Shown one piece after another: positions 61,600-64,000 of a stretch of 64,000 bases of DNA; within the stretch, counting starts at the first letter, position 1; each line of letters begins with the position of its first letter. The notes under the pieces are model-generated. The model had not been told where the DNA came from, searched no databases, and saw only the letters and a program-made list of their open reading frames with translations. The stretch spans positions 1,838,761 to 1,902,760 of the forward strand of contig BDGG01000008.1 of NCBI GenBank assembly GCA_001949185.1, read 5' to 3'. This DNA comes from Ramazzottius varieornatus (lineage: Eukaryota > Animalia > Tardigrada). Made by a program: the position numbers and the translations under genes.

Positions 61600-64000
61600 T
61601 AGAGACCGGGATCTGGCCGCGTACGCTGCAGCTGCGCTGCGGAGGAGTGCAGTTGCAGCGTTCACTTTGGCGTTTGTGTGCAGCGCAGCGCAGTATGCAG
61701 CGTGTGGCAAGCTAACGTAGCGCAGCTGCAAACGGCACAAAAAGACGGTTTTCGGTTTTCGAACTGAGAATCTCCCGGTTGGTGGCCGTTATCAAACCCT
61801 TGCTTACTAGGTGTTTTCTGCTTGCTGATAAAACACCGACTGGTCGCGCAAGCTCGCCCCGAAATAGTGTTTTGCCCAGCCGTAAAGCGCCTGGTAGTTA
61901 ATCTGTCAGTGGAACCGGGAGTCTCGGAGTTCGATAAAGTTACTTTTGTAGAAAGTTTCAGCGGACTTTGTTGTGGACTGCCTTTTGTTAGCCTTGATTA
62001 GAGCTCTGATGGAGGATCACCTGTTGTCCGACGATTCTCTGGAGGAAAGCGGAGATGAAAGAGTTGCCGAAAATGCCGTCCAGGAGCGGAGAAAGTCCAG
62101 CGGAAAGATGCCTGTCAAAAGGAGATCTGTTCTGCCTTCTGAGATTCAGCTTAAAGCTAGGTACATTTACCAAACTGCGTACCTGTGATTAGAGCTCTAA
62201 CTAATCAGCGCCGATATTTACTGTACGATTTGGTTACAGAAGTATGCCGGTTGAAGGAGTGGCGAATATGGTTAAGAACGACACATTCGTCTTACGAGCA
62301 GAAAGTTTTGGTAGCCGAAAGGGAGCTCCGTTCTGGGACACAATGAGACGCGTTGTGGATAAAGAGTCCGAAGATAGGCTCGACTTTGTATGCTGTAGTA
62401 GATGTAAGCAAGTGTGGAAGCATGACAGAACTGTGAATACTGATGCCCTTCATCGGCATGTCTCGAAATGTGGCGTCAAGGCGAACCAGTCCAAGATTAC
62501 TGGCTACCTTAAGTCACACAAGCTGCCCCTGGCCGCAAAGCAAGAAATGTCCCGAGTATGTGCTCGATACTGCGCAGTGGATGGAAGGAGCTTCGAAGAA
62601 GTGGCTGGAACCGGATTTAGAGCTCTAATAGATACCGTAATCGATGTTACGATGAAATATAGCCCCGCTGGAAAGCCCACTGCTCGCGACATGCTGCCCG
62701 ACCCAACTACAGTGAGCCAGTACGTCGGAAAAGAAAGCAAAGCCATCAGGGAGCCTCTCGTGGAGGAAGTCAAACCCATCCTACGACTTCGCGGTGGAGG
62801 CATAACGCTTGACTTTTGGGAAGAAGAGTACACTAAAGTGTCGTACTTAGGTATGAGGAACTGTTAATTGTTTTTGGGCAGCAGGATTACACCATTTGCA
62901 GTCTGTATGAGTGGCATAGGGCTTTCGTTTTTGCAGGCTGTACTGTGCACTATATGTTCGGCGGATCGGAGCTCCGGGAAAGACTACTTTTGTGTAGCGA
63001 ATGGGACACCGTGGACAGAAAGACGGACGCGGCTGTACAGTTCATTTTTAGCAAACTGCGAGAAATCGGCTTGTGTGAGGAAGATCTGAAGCTGTGCACC
63101 TTTGTTACGGATCAAGGCGGAAACATGAAAGTAGCTGTTCGTAACTCGGGCTTCGAGCGCATCAACTGCGCCGGACATCTTCTTAACACCTGTTCGCAAA
63201 ACTGCCTCAAATCCAACCCGAAAAGTCAGCATCCCATGCCTGCAGAAGCCTTACCAGTTTCTGCTTTAGTTAACCAGGTCAAGTCCCTCGTTACACACTG
63301 TAAGCAAGGTGGTATCAGTCGGCAGCTTAAAACAATGTTGAAGCAACACTGCGAAACCCGGTAAGGCCGAACCAAGGCCATGATATTAGAGCTCCAATTC
63401 ATGTTTCCAACACCTAGTATGAACTGGAATTTATTTTTAGGTGGAACACCCACGTCGAAATGTTTGCTTCAGTTCTGGCTGTCTACGAGCAGCTTGAAGA
63501 CATCCTTGCTGAGCGAAAGGAGTCTCATCTTTTGCCGAGTAGGCAGAAAATGCAAGAGTTTTACGACCTGTTTGAGCCTGTACGGGATGCTACATTCCTT
63601 CTTTCGGCTTCGAAACGTCCAACAATTCATCTCGTGGTTCCAGCGTATCCCGAACTGAAGCGCCACTTCAAGGATCAGGTGCCGTCTGACTTTCCGGAAA
63701 TTAGAGCCTTCCAGAAACATGTCGAAAACGTTTTCAACAAGGAGCTCGAGATTGATGAGCTTCATAGAGTGGCCGTCTTTCTGGATCCCTCCATGAAGCA
63801 CCTTCAGTTCCTAACTGCGACTGAACGAGTAGCTGTTCTCAAGCGAGCGATGGAAGAAGTGCAGAAACTTCCACAGCCAGAAAAGACAGGAGCTCCGATA
63901 GTAGAAGGTAAAAGCCATTATGCCGCGCACTGAGTCACGCATTTCGTTAAAAACTACATAGCGAAAAAAGGAGAGCTCTAATTTGTCAATACTTCTCACT
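61600..64000 (+). mobile_element. hAT (Hermes/Ac-like) transposon, left part
   Basis: Putative left end TAGAGACCGGGATCTGGCCGC followed by GCAGC/GCTGC repeats, then a transposase gene. The right end lies outside the window. Confidence 0.75.
62009..63907 (+). CDS. hAT transposase (partial; continues beyond the window)
   Basis: Exons 62009-62160, 62240-62850, 62937-63360 and 63441-63907 are in frame. BED finger (W..CSRC..LHRHVSKC), DGRSFEEVAGTGF, TLDFW, VTDQGGNM, CAGHLLN, ETRWN, FLDP. Confidence 0.9.

Overview
Eukaryotic (animal) genomic DNA with short GT-AG introns and very high DNA-transposon density. Intron size, composition and the expanded ANF-receptor-like family suggest a tardigrade, but this is inference only. 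Host genes: Ars2/SERRATE (minus, 33790-38079), a GT8 glucoside xylosyltransferase-like gene plus a pseudogene copy (30.3-33.2 kb), an intronless SLC35G/EamA transporter (53370-54722), and three minus-strand single-pass receptors. The receptors have a natriuretic-peptide-receptor/receptor-guanylyl-cyclase-type ectodomain but only short cytoplasmic tails. One of them appears to have its first exon 8.4 kb upstream across a TE-packed intron. Mobile DNA: two near-identical inverted 1759-bp pogo (DD35D) elements near the window ends, a full-length mariner with one nonsense codon, a two-ORF PIF/Harbinger spanning an assembly gap, an apparently intact hAT transposase running off the right edge, a CRE-like retrotransposon remnant split by a tRNA-derived insertion, and many nested MITEs. 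The hAT-type MITE families each carry their own short repeated motif. All gene models and alignments were read by eye; no database searches were run.
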